A stretch of 32,000 nucleotides of DNA, taken from NCBI GenBank assembly GCA_041659405.1, contig JBAZYK010000001.1, forward strand, positions 150,001 through 182,000. The letters are read 5' to 3'. The notes under the pieces are model-generated. The model saw only the letters and a program-made list of their open reading frames with translations. It ran no database searches and was not told the origin of the DNA. Source of the DNA: Candidatus Altimarinota bacterium. Lineage in GTDB: Bacteria > Patescibacteriota > Gracilibacteria > UBA1369. The first letter of the stretch is position 1, and each line of letters opens with the position of its first letter. The translations under genes and the position numbers were made by a program. Positions 1-9,633 of the stretch are shown here, piece after piece.

Positions 1-1
1 A

Positions 2-94
2 ATTAAAGCTACAGAAAACATCCTGAAAGAAAAATTGGATGCTCAAAAAGATGCTAAATTTATTGACGAAAGTCTTAATTCAATCAGTGCATGA
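2..94 (+). CDS. atpF: ATP synthase Fo subunit b, C-terminal fragment (5' end lies outside the window)
   Basis: The frame is open from the window edge (IKATENILKEKLDAQKDAKFIDESLNSISA*) and ends at TGA 92-94. That stop overlaps the atpH ATG (ATGA at 91-94). The assignment rests mainly on position directly upstream of the delta-alpha-gamma-beta-epsilon genes. Confidence 0.55.
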   Translation: MKATENILKEKLDAQKDAKFIDESLNSISA

Positions 95-645
95 TCTCAA
101 CAAATTCTCATTTAAAATACGGCAAAGCGCTCTATGAAGTCGCTTCAAAAAAACAGGAGGAAGCCCCTATTTTGCATGAGCTAAAAGCGGTTTGCGAACT
201 TTATCATCATGTTAAGATTAAAAAAATGATGGATTCGCTTTCTCTGATGGAGAAATCCGCACGAGACCTGGTTTTGGATAAAACTTTTGAAGGTAAAGTA
301 AATCTGCTTGTTGTGAATTTGTTAAAAATGCTGGCTTCAGCTAGAAAATTGGTTTTATTACCAAAGGTTTATGAAGCTTACAGCCAGATTTATCATGAAG
401 CTAAAGGCATTGAAGAGGTTGTGATTGCTTCGGCGCGGCCTTTAAGCAAGGATGAAGAACATAATCTGATTAAAAAACTTGAAGAGAAAATGAAGAAAAA
501 AATATCGGTCCATTTTAAAACTGATGCTGCACTTATTGGTGGCGTGCAAATCTTTGAAAGGGGCTATCTGACTGACTTTTCGGTTCAACATTATCTTACA
601 AATTTGCAAAAATATCTTTTGCATCACGAAACCCCTTTCAACTAA
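91..645 (+). CDS. atpH: ATP synthase F1 subunit delta (OSCP)
   Basis: A 184-aa ORF, translationally coupled to atpF and located immediately before atpA. Its C-terminal part (ALIGGVQIFERGYLTDFSV) looks like the OSCP/delta family. Confidence 0.8.
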   Translation: MISTNSHLKYGKALYEVASKKQEEAPILHELKAVCELYHHVKIKKMMDSLSLMEKSARDLVLDKTFEGKVNLLVVNLLKMLASARKLVLLPKVYEAYSQIYHEAKGIEEVVIASARPLSKDEEHNLIKKLEEKMKKKISVHFKTDAALIGGVQIFERGYLTDFSVQHYLTNLQKYLLHHETPFN

Positions 646-673
646 AAATTAGTAATTAATAATTTTAAAAACT

Positions 674-2182
674 ATGCAAATTAATGCCCAAGAGATTACA
701 GAATTCCTGGCAAAACAACTGGAAAATTATCAATTTCAACCTGAGAAAACCGGTGTTGGAGCCATCGTCTCGATTGGTGATGGAGTTGCCCAGGTAAGCG
801 GCTTGAATGACGTGAAGATGGGTGAAATGATTGAGTTTCCAGGCGGCACCTTTGGTATGGCTATTAACTTAAGCCATGATACCGTTGGCTGTATTTTGTT
901 TGATCTGGGTAAACATTTGAAAGAAGGCGATATGGTTAAGAGTACCGGCCGCGTGATGGAAGTTCCTGTTGGTGAAGCGCTTACCGGCCGTGTTGTGAAT
1001 GCTCTTGGACAACCTGTAGATGGAAAAGGACCGGTTAAGACTACCAAATTCCGTCCAATTGAACATAAAGCCGAAGGTGTAATTTCCCGCAAGTCGGTTA
1101 ATACTCCTTTGCAAACAGGTATTAAAGCCGTTGATGCCATGATCCCGATTGGTCGTGGTCAACGTGAACTTATTATCGGTGATCGCCAAATTGGTAAAAC
1201 TGCGATCGCGATCGATACAATCATCAATCAAAAAGGCCAAAAGGTACATTGTTTTTATGTTGCGATCGGCCAGAAACAATCAACTATTGCAACCGTAGTA
1301 AACAAATTGGAACAATCCGGTGCTATGGAATATACAACTGTGATTGTGGCTACAGCTTCCGATGCTGCGGCTTTGAGTTTTATTGCTCCTTATACCGGTT
1401 GCGCCATGGCGGAAGACGTTATGTACAGCGGTAAAGATGCTTTGATTGTTTATGATGATCTTTCCAAACATGCGTGGGCTTACCGTGAAGTTTCCTTGTT
1501 GTTACGCCGTCCACCGGGTCGTGAAGCGTATCCGGGCGATGTATTTTATTTGCATTCCCGTTTGTTGGAACGTGCTTCCCGCCTTGCGGATGACTTGGGT
1601 GGTGGATCATTAACCGCTTTGCCAATTATTGAAACACAGGCCGGTGACGTTTCCGCTTATATTCCAACCAACGTAATTTCAATTACAGATGGTCAGATTT
1701 ATTTGGAAGCTGAACTTTTCTATGCCGGTAAACGTCCTGCTATTAATGCCGGTATTTCCGTATCACGCGTAGGTGGCTCCGCTCAGGTTCCGGTTATGAA
1801 AAAAGTTGCCGGTAACTTACGTTTAAGTTTGTCTCAATTCCGTGAAATGGAAAGCTTTGCGCAAATTGGTTCAGATCTTGATCCACAAACAAAAGCGTTG
1901 TTGGAACGTGGCCAACGCATGACAGAAGTATTGAAACAACCACAATATCGACCGCTTTCCGTTGCCAAGCAGGTTGCAATTATTTACGCTGTGAATTCCG
2001 GTTTGTTGGATGATGTAGCGGTAAGTGATATCCAGAGTTTTGAAACAAAACTGCACGATTTCATGGATACTAAATACAAGAATCTGCAGGAAGAACTGCT
2101 AATTGCCAAGAAGTTCACTTCCGAATTGGAAGCACAACTTAAGAACGCAATTGTTGAATTTAAAAACGGTTGGACGAAGTAA
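674..2182 (+). CDS. atpA: ATP synthase F1 subunit alpha
   Basis: A 502-aa ORF with Walker A GDRQIGKT. It also carries the highly conserved alpha block [46 protein letters not shown] and ITDGQIYLE. Confidence 0.98.
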   Translation: MQINAQEITEFLAKQLENYQFQPEKTGVGAIVSIGDGVAQVSGLNDVKMGEMIEFPGGTFGMAINLSHDTVGCILFDLGKHLKEGDMVKSTGRVMEVPVGEALTGRVVNALGQPVDGKGPVKTTKFRPIEHKAEGVISRKSVNTPLQTGIKAVDAMIPIGRGQRELIIGDRQIGKTAIAIDTIINQKGQKVHCFYVAIGQKQSTIATVVNKLEQSGAMEYTTVIVATASDAAALSFIAPYTGCAMAEDVMYSGKDALIVYDDLSKHAWAYREVSLLLRRPPGREAYPGDVFYLHSRLLERASRLADDLGGGSLTALPIIETQAGDVSAYIPTNVISITDGQIYLEAELFYAGKRPAINAGISVSRVGGSAQVPVMKKVAGNLRLSLSQFREMESFAQIGSDLDPQTKALLERGQRMTEVLKQPQYRPLSVAKQVAIIYAVNSGLLDDVAVSDIQSFETKLHDFMDTKYKNLQEELLIAKKFTSELEAQLKNAIVEFKNGWTK

Positions 2183-2201
2183 TTTTCAAATCTTTTAGGT
2201 G

Positions 2202-2285
2202 TGTTCGAGGAGATGGCAGAATCCCCTTCGGACACAGGGCCCCTACCCCGGATGTCCTCAGTGAATTCTGCCACCTCCTCGAACA
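2202..2285 (+). repeat. Structured intergenic element E1 (21-bp stem closing a conserved 42-nt GC-rich core)
   Basis: The arms 2202-2222 and 2265-2285 pair at 20 of 21 positions. The core 2223-2264 (CCCCTTCGGACACAGGGCCCCTACCCCGGATGTCCTCAGTGA) is identical to 4659-4700. The element lies between the atpA stop and the atpG start. Confidence 0.85.
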
Positions 2286-2305
2286 AAAATATTTATTTTT
2301 ATTAA

Positions 2306-3160
2306 ATGGCTTCTCTCAGAGATATTAAATTAAGAATTCGGTCGGTTAAATCGACTCAGAAGATTACCAAGGCTATGGAAATGATTGCGGCTTCTAAAAT
2401 GAAGCGTGCTCAGAACCAGGCCTTAAAAGGTCGTCCTTATTTGGGTAAACTTACGCAAATTATTTCCAATCTGGTGTATTTGAGTGATCCAAAACTTTCG
2501 CATCCTCTGCTTAAAAGCAAGAAAAGTGTTAAGAATGTTGCTTACATTTTTATTACCGGAAATCGTGGACTTTGCGGCGCTTTTAATACCAATGTGATCC
2601 GCAAAATGTTCGAGATTTTGAAAGAAAAAAATCAGACTCAAGAAACCGTTATCACTGTTGGTAAAAAGGGGCGCCAGGCTATGGAACGCATTGGTAAAGC
2701 GGTTTTGGCTGATTTTGAAACGATGCCCGATAAAATTTCTTATCTTGATTCACTTGGTATCAGCCGTGTGGTTGTTGATGATTTTTTGAATGGAAAATTG
2801 GATGAAGTTTATATGGTTTACAACCATTTTTACTCAACAATAAGCCAAAAACCTATTGTGCAAAGGTTGTTGCCGGTGACTTTGGAAAAGAGCGCGGCAA
2901 GTTCAGAAACCAAACGTTCATATATTTTTGAGCCTAAAAAAGAACTGCTTTTGGATGAACTTTTGCATCGTTATATTGAAACAATGGTTTATCAGACTTT
3001 GCTTGAATCCGTGGCTTCAGAACAAAGCGCGCGCATGATGGCAATGAGACAGGCATCGGACAACGCTACGGAAATTGTCGACAATTTAACTTTGAACTAC
3101 AACAAAGCTCGTCAGGCCAAGATTACGACTCAAATCCTGGAAGTGGTGGCAGGAAGTTAG
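2306..3160 (+). CDS. atpG: ATP synthase F1 subunit gamma
   Basis: A 284-aa ORF. The N-terminus MASLRDIKLRIRSVKSTQKITKAMEMIAASKMKRAQ and the C-terminus ARQAKITTQILEVVAG are typical gamma termini. Confidence 0.95.
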   Translation: MASLRDIKLRIRSVKSTQKITKAMEMIAASKMKRAQNQALKGRPYLGKLTQIISNLVYLSDPKLSHPLLKSKKSVKNVAYIFITGNRGLCGAFNTNVIRKMFEILKEKNQTQETVITVGKKGRQAMERIGKAVLADFETMPDKISYLDSLGISRVVVDDFLNGKLDEVYMVYNHFYSTISQKPIVQRLLPVTLEKSAASSETKRSYIFEPKKELLLDELLHRYIETMVYQTLLESVASEQSARMMAMRQASDNATEIVDNLTLNYNKARQAKITTQILEVVAGS

Positions 3161-3194
3161 AAACAGAATCAGGCTTTCCCTATCAATAAAATAA

Positions 3195-4619
<1,425 letters not shown>

Positions 4620-4640
4620 TTTTTCGAGGGATTTCTCCAC

Positions 4641-4718
4641 GGGAAGTGATGTGGAATTCCCCTTCGGACACAGGGCCCCTACCCCGGATGTCCTCAGTGA
4701 AATTCCCCATCACTTCCC
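4641..4718 (+). repeat. Structured intergenic element E2 (18-bp stem closing the same 42-nt core)
   Basis: The arms 4641-4658 and 4701-4718 pair at 17 of 18 positions. The core 4659-4700 is identical to the E1 core. The element lies between the atpD stop and the atpC start. Confidence 0.85.
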
Positions 4719-4808
4719 TGAAGATTGAGATACATCAAAAAAAAATTTGTAATTAAGCGGACCAAACTCGTTTCAAACTTTATATATCACTCTCACTAAA
4801 TCGACTTT

Positions 4809-5225
4809 ATGTTTCACCTTTCTATCGTTACTGCAGAAAAAACCATTTATGATGGGGATATTGAAATGTTGGTGGCTCCGGCAATCGACGGAGAGGTCGG
4901 TATTTTGACGAATCACCACCCTTTGGTGACAAAGTTGGGTCCAGGTGGCATGAAGATTACAAAGGCCGATAAAACCGAAGAATATTTGTTTATAAGTGGT
5001 GGCTATTTGGAAGTGAACAACAACAAAGCCACTATTCTGGCCGATGCTTTGGAAAATGCCGATCAGGTTGAAAAAGAACAGGCGAAGGCCGCCCGTGAAC
5101 GCGCGCAAAGCATGATCAAAACCGCAAAAGACGATTTAATGCGTGAAAATCTGGAAAAAGAACTGCAAGTCCAGATGCTGCGCGAAAGATTTGCGGATGT
5201 GGCGGAGGCGAAGAGGAGGAAATAG
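4809..5225 (+). CDS. atpC: ATP synthase F1 subunit epsilon
   Basis: A 138-aa ORF. The N-terminal beta-sandwich pattern LSIVTAEKTIYDGDIEMLVAPAIDGEVGILTNHHPLVT is followed by a helical C-terminus. It is the last gene of the operon. Confidence 0.9.
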   Translation: MFHLSIVTAEKTIYDGDIEMLVAPAIDGEVGILTNHHPLVTKLGPGGMKITKADKTEEYLFISGGYLEVNNNKATILADALENADQVEKEQAKAARERAQSMIKTAKDDLMRENLEKELQVQMLRERFADVAEAKRRK

Positions 5226-5229
5226 TTTA

Positions 5230-5283
5230 TTTGCGTGTGCCCGGGCACAGATTTATGCCAGAAAAATGGCCTATGTAAGCCAT
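5230..5283 (+). repeat. S-element copy S1 (14-bp perfect palindrome plus a second hairpin); possible atp operon terminator
   Basis: Sequence: TTTGCG-TGTGCCCGGGCACA-GATTTATG...ATGGC-CTATGTAA-GCCAT. By my hand alignment, 42 of 54 positions are identical to the reverse complement of 17296-17349. It lies in the convergent gap between atpC and the 1405-aa ORF. Confidence 0.8.
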
Positions 5284-5333
5284 CAGGGTCCGCCGCCTGC
5301 TATGCCACTGCGCTCGTGTCGCCACCGGTTTGA

Positions 5334-8300
5334 TTAGGTTGCGCCGCCGCCTGGTCCGCCAGCACCGCCGGCCCCGCCAACGCCACCACTTGCGGCCCCA
5401 CCGCCGATTTTCCCGCCCTCTTCAGGCCTTTCTGCAGCGCTTTCACTTGTCCTATCCGCCTCTGCTTTTGGTTTTGGTGGATTTTCTTTTTCTGCGATTA
5501 GATGTTGAAGCCTTTGGATTTCTTCATCCAGCAGTTTTTTGTCGCCTGCCTGACTAATGTAAGTGTTTTCTTTAATGTGCTGGATAATTGTATTCACGCG
5601 CGCATTTTGTGCCTTTTTAATATCTGAAAAACCCGACGGATTGCTTGTGTTTAATTTCTCTTCAAGTTTGCTAACCATAGTGACCCCAGCTTCAATCTCA
5701 GGATTATGATATGCTTCCAAAGTGATTTCTTCTTTGGCCAGCTTTGCGGCTTCCGCTTTGGCTTTTTCCTTATCGTAACCTTCCGGCAGGGGCTGAATTC
5801 CCTGAATATTCATACCAACCGCATGGTTATCCCTTTGAATTTTTGCGAATATCTCATTTAATTCTTCGAGTTTTTTTCCATGCATTTGGCCTTCAAGCAT
5901 TTTTCCAAACTCACTGATAGAATTTTTTTGCTGTTCACGGTCAGTGGTAGAAGGCGCGGCTCCAAAATTCTTGAAGACCATATCTACTTCGCTTTTCAAG
6001 CCAAACTGTCCGGATAAAGCTTTAATAAAAGCACGCATTTCATCTCTGTGTTTTATAACCGGGCGGGATGGATCATTGACCGGTCTGCTGTTCAATTCCT
6101 GGCTGCCAAAGCGGGAATAGTTATTCGAGGCAGGTTCCCAACGACGATCAAGGATAGCATCAAAACGAATAAAACTTCTCATGATATTTACCAGGTTCCT
6201 CAATTCTTTTTGAGCGTTTTCCTGATCTCCGGCTTTTAAATATTTATCGATGAGTTTCATTTTTCTTAAAGAGAAGTCATTAAAACCGGCGTAACAGTTC
6301 TTAAGACCTTCATTTGTAATCTGCTGCTTGGCACCACCGGCTTTTAGGGTGAGCTGTTCAATTGTTTCTTCACCAAGTGGAGGAGCAAATTTATCCATAT
6401 CGTCATGGTCCCAAATATTGGCATCACCTACAGCTTTGTTCATACGTTTTAACGAGCTGTCATGCCACAAAACTTCATCATTCACAAAGTCTTTAAACTT
6501 TGTACCTGGCCCCATCTGCTTTTTATAATCGGTGACACCGGCTGTACCGCCCTGCAAATCCGGCTCAACATAAAGCCTGATCCAATGTTTAAAAACATTA
6601 AGATCTGCCTTGCCAAGTTGGGGCTTTGTTTCACCTGTATTTGGATCCTTCTCATAAAGCGGCCTTCCTTCGGAATCAACCATCGGGAAGTCTGATCTAT
6701 TTGCAAAGAAGTCCAAAACCGGCATGTTCTTAAGCAAATCACTGTTCAAGGCACCATTACGATCAATATGGAATAAAGGCAGTCCGTGTCCTTTATGAGG
6801 ATGGGCTCCAATCGCCATAACCATGAAATAGATTTTCTCTTCAAAACCCAATTTACCGGCTTGAATGGCGTAACAAAGGTAAGCTTCATATTCTGCCGGA
6901 TTTACGTATTCGCCATTAAGATGTTTATAGAGCAAACTCTTAAGCGCTGTTTTTAAACCTCCGTTGTGATATGGATCACCTTCCAAACGCTTGGCATTAT
7001 CAGCAAAAGCACTTTTAATGCTGTTATAAGATGAATCCTGTTTTTGCCTGAATTCACGGAAAGTATCATTTCCCCACCAGTGATCCAAAACTTTTTCAAT
7101 GTCATCCATGTGCGTTGCGGCATTCACAAAAACCGGCACACCGTGAGAATGTTTATTTATACAATGCCAGAAATGCTCATCATCCCAGCGCAACTGGCCT
7201 TTTTCGGCCAATACCGTGATGGACGCTTTCAAAATATCTTTATTTGGAGCCTCGTGGAGTTCATGTTTAATAAAATCGATACCCATTGTTCGATAATGTT
7301 CCACGTGATGATTCACTTCTTCATTTTCCGCGTGCTGGGCAACGCCTTTAAATTCGGCACCCAATTCGGTAAAGAAGCTGCTTAGGCCGTGATAGCCCTT
7401 AAACATGGCCTCCCCGGCTATACCAACTTTGCCATGAGACCAGCGTTTTAATTTACGTTCCACCAATTCATAAGTGGTTTTGCCGATTTCGAATAAGTCA
7501 TAAAGTGAAACAATCGTGGTATCATCCCACATTTGGCGCAGGTAACTTGTTGGATGTCTTGGGGCTTCATTGCCGGTGTCAAAGACAGCATCTTCCGGAA
7601 TTTTTTCTTCTGCGGATTTTGCGACTGGAGGTTGTCCCGCGCCTTGACCATGTTCCGGACCTTCGGGCCCACCTGCCCCCGCTGCTCCTGCGGCTGCGCC
7701 CGCTAATGCGGCAGCGCCTGCAGCTCCACCTTCTGCTGCTTTTACTGCTTCTTCCGGTGGTTTTTTAATAATGTGATTCTTTTTAACCCAGCGTAAAAAG
7801 GCTGCCGGAGTAAAAGTGTCGCCATTTTTCATGACAACTTTTTTATCATCAATTTCCTTGATCACAAATTTCTTTTCTGATTCGACATCGTCGTATTTCA
7901 GGACTTCACCGCTAACTGCCTGAATTGGCTTGTACAAATTTGGATCGCGTTTGTAGACCTGATTTAAAATTTCGTTATGCTGAACCAAAGCTTCCCGCAA
8001 TTTTGCGGCGCTTTCAATTGGCTTCATTACTTCGTTTCGTTTGAACCATCTGGCAAAATGGGCAAAATTTAAAGTTTTTACTTTTTGAGTTGGAGTAATT
8101 AAAACCTCCTGATCAAGCGTAATCTGCTGTTTGTCGTGATCAATTTTTTCAACTCTCACCAGACTGTCTTTTGGCGAAAAGTTTTGAGTTGTCGCGTCCA
8201 GTAATTGGCGATATTCAAAACGGTCGCCTTCGTTTACGTCAACGCCAATGCTTTTTTCCAGATCTTTTTTGGTCTGGATGTCTTCCGTAACACCAAATTT

Positions 8301-9551
8301 GTCGATCCATGTTAAGAAATCGGCAACCGAAAATCGGTCGGTTCTAATAACTTTGCTGTCCGTATCCAGCGATTCAATAACGATAATTGGAGAACCGGGA
8401 AGTTTTTGGGTTACACGACCTTTGTCATCCTTAATTATGACATCTTCAGTTTCGATTCCTTTAATTTTTGCTTTTTCATTTATTTCTTCAACTTCACCGG
8501 TTTTGCCGTTTTCACGGAAACCCTTATAAACTAGAATCTGATCAGCTTTTAATGGTAATCCGGCGGCGCTCGCAAAGACTTCCAGCTGTTTTTCTCTGTT
8601 TAGTTTTTTGTGGACTTCCGTGCCAACTTCACTCATCAGCTCGCGGAATTCATGCATTTTCTCCAGAGTTTCTTTTTTGATTTTGACATCATTTTCGGCT
8701 TCTTTTACTTTTAATTTATAAACCGCTTCAATCGCAGCTTTGGCTTTTGGATCGGTAATATCTTTGACGAGTTCGGCCCATTTTCCTTTGCCACCTTCAT
8801 CATTAAAATCCACTTCGTAAAGCTGATAGGCCAAGACCGAAGTAATCTGATTTTCGTCCGCCATTTCTTTTAAAGAACTTTGAATTGGCTCGTTGAATTT
8901 TTTATCGTCTTCGTTTAGACGTTTAAAATCAGCATGAAAAGCCTTAATTCTTTCGGCATATTCCTGACTTTCAGGTGAGGCTCCCATCATGGCAGATGCC
9001 GCTTTTCCGCTTGTTGATACCGCTTCTTCGGTCTGCGCTTCGACTTTTTTCTTTACATCAAAAGAGAGTTCTTTTTCATCGTCTTTTTCCTTTTCTTTAT
9101 CTTCATCCGCTTTTGCCGGAGTTTTCTTTTCGACCTCGGACAAAAATTTATTGAATTCACTTAAACTGAGCGTGCCATCGGAAGCACGTTGCAGATGCGG
9201 AATTAAAGCCTTTTTATCCTCTTCACTGCCCTTTTCCAAAATTTTCAGACACTTGGCAACATTGGCACTATCGATTTTCTTGTCCTTGCCCAAAGTCTGA
9301 ACAACTTCACGCGCATTGGATTGCGTCACCGTGACCTTATCTTTCTTTTCGGCATCCTTATCGGCCTTGTCATCATCTTTATCTGGATCGATTTTGTCCG
9401 CAGTGCCGCCGCTACCGGAGCCACCGGAACTTCCGCCGGCAGCAAAAATAAAACGAGACGCTGGCAAATGTGAACCTGCGACTGAGCACCAAAAAATCCC
9501 GCCCGGTGTAAGGCTTTCTGCCATTCTTCCGCAAAGAGCATGTTTAATCAT
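5334..9551 (-). CDS. Giant orphan protein (1405 aa) with Gly/Ala-rich termini and hinge and three internal repeats; function unknown
   Basis: An uninterrupted 4.2-kb ORF. It has Gly-rich tracts near the N-terminus (GGSSGGSGSGG), in the middle (GGAAGAAALAGAAAGAAGAGG) and at the C-terminus (GGAASGGVGGAGGAGGPGGGAT). Three modules each end in an F..W..K motif. I saw no signal peptide, TM segment or Walker A by eye. A TTGACA-16-TACAAT promoter lies just upstream. Confidence 0.85.
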   Translation of the reverse strand: MIKHALCGRMAESLTPGGIFWCSVAGSHLPASRFIFAAGGSSGGSGSGGTADKIDPDKDDDKADKDAEKKDKVTVTQSNAREVVQTLGKDKKIDSANVAKCLKILEKGSEEDKKALIPHLQRASDGTLSLSEFNKFLSEVEKKTPAKADEDKEKEKDDEKELSFDVKKKVEAQTEEAVSTSGKAASAMMGASPESQEYAERIKAFHADFKRLNEDDKKFNEPIQSSLKEMADENQITSVLAYQLYEVDFNDEGGKGKWAELVKDITDPKAKAAIEAVYKLKVKEAENDVKIKKETLEKMHEFRELMSEVGTEVHKKLNREKQLEVFASAAGLPLKADQILVYKGFRENGKTGEVEEINEKAKIKGIETEDVIIKDDKGRVTQKLPGSPIIVIESLDTDSKVIRTDRFSVADFLTWIDKFGVTEDIQTKKDLEKSIGVDVNEGDRFEYRQLLDATTQNFSPKDSLVRVEKIDHDKQQITLDQEVLITPTQKVKTLNFAHFARWFKRNEVMKPIESAAKLREALVQHNEILNQVYKRDPNLYKPIQAVSGEVLKYDDVESEKKFVIKEIDDKKVVMKNGDTFTPAAFLRWVKKNHIIKKPPEEAVKAAEGGAAGAAALAGAAAGAAGAGGPEGPEHGQGAGQPPVAKSAEEKIPEDAVFDTGNEAPRHPTSYLRQMWDDTTIVSLYDLFEIGKTTYELVERKLKRWSHGKVGIAGEAMFKGYHGLSSFFTELGAEFKGVAQHAENEEVNHHVEHYRTMGIDFIKHELHEAPNKDILKASITVLAEKGQLRWDDEHFWHCINKHSHGVPVFVNAATHMDDIEKVLDHWWGNDTFREFRQKQDSSYNSIKSAFADNAKRLEGDPYHNGGLKTALKSLLYKHLNGEYVNPAEYEAYLCYAIQAGKLGFEEKIYFMVMAIGAHPHKGHGLPLFHIDRNGALNSDLLKNMPVLDFFANRSDFPMVDSEGRPLYEKDPNTGETKPQLGKADLNVFKHWIRLYVEPDLQGGTAGVTDYKKQMGPGTKFKDFVNDEVLWHDSSLKRMNKAVGDANIWDHDDMDKFAPPLGEETIEQLTLKAGGAKQQITNEGLKNCYAGFNDFSLRKMKLIDKYLKAGDQENAQKELRNLVNIMRSFIRFDAILDRRWEPASNNYSRFGSQELNSRPVNDPSRPVIKHRDEMRAFIKALSGQFGLKSEVDMVFKNFGAAPSTTDREQQKNSISEFGKMLEGQMHGKKLEELNEIFAKIQRDNHAVGMNIQGIQPLPEGYDKEKAKAEAAKLAKEEITLEAYHNPEIEAGVTMVSKLEEKLNTSNPSGFSDIKKAQNARVNTIIQHIKENTYISQAGDKKLLDEEIQRLQHLIAEKENPPKPKAEADRTSESAAERPEEGGKIGGGAASGGVGGAGGAGGPGGGAT

Positions 9552-9597
9552 GTTTTGCTTTGGTTATGGATTTGATCAACGTTGTAATTTCGGCTTG

Positions 9598-9625
9598 ATT
9601 GTATCATGATTTTTAGGTTTGTCAA
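9598..9625 (-). promoter_or_regulatory. Sigma-70-like promoter upstream of the 1405-aa ORF
   Basis: Read on the minus strand: TTGACA (9625->9620), a 16-nt spacer, then TACAAT (9603->9598). It sits in the 82-nt gap between the 831-aa and 1405-aa ORFs, about 45 nt upstream of the ATG at 9551. Confidence 0.5.
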
Positions 9626-9633
9626 ATTGGGTT

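Noticed and set aside
2223-2264. Hammerhead-ribozyme-like string on the minus strand of the E-element core (CUGAGGA ... GAA).
   Set aside because: With CUGAGGA taken as the core, the adjoining segments cannot form stem II (closing C-C mismatch), and GAA is preceded by UCC rather than a helix. The only good helix (GGACA/UGUCC) consumes part of the would-be core. Only a superficial resemblance remains, though self-cleavage is still worth testing empirically.
736-2286. Multiple minus-strand ORFs (61-136 aa) inside atpA, with similar antisense ORFs inside atpG and atpD (for example 3236-3529 and 3438-3728).
   Set aside because: They lie entirely antisense to strongly conserved ATP synthase genes and have no recognisable motifs. 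They are typical shadow ORFs.
5330-5557. A plus-strand 75-aa Arg/Pro/Leu-rich ORF, plus other plus-strand ORFs overlapping the 1405-aa gene (6048-9609).
   Set aside because: This is the mirror image of the Gly/Ala-rich codons of the minus-strand giant ORF. Its composition is an antisense artefact.
7296-7310. An HHVEH string (HxxEH, the inverted zincin motif of M16 peptidases) and a nearby HELHE in the 1405-aa protein.
   Set aside because: It is a five-residue match in a His-rich region. I saw no downstream Glu/His ligand pattern or other M16 features, so chance is the simpler explanation.
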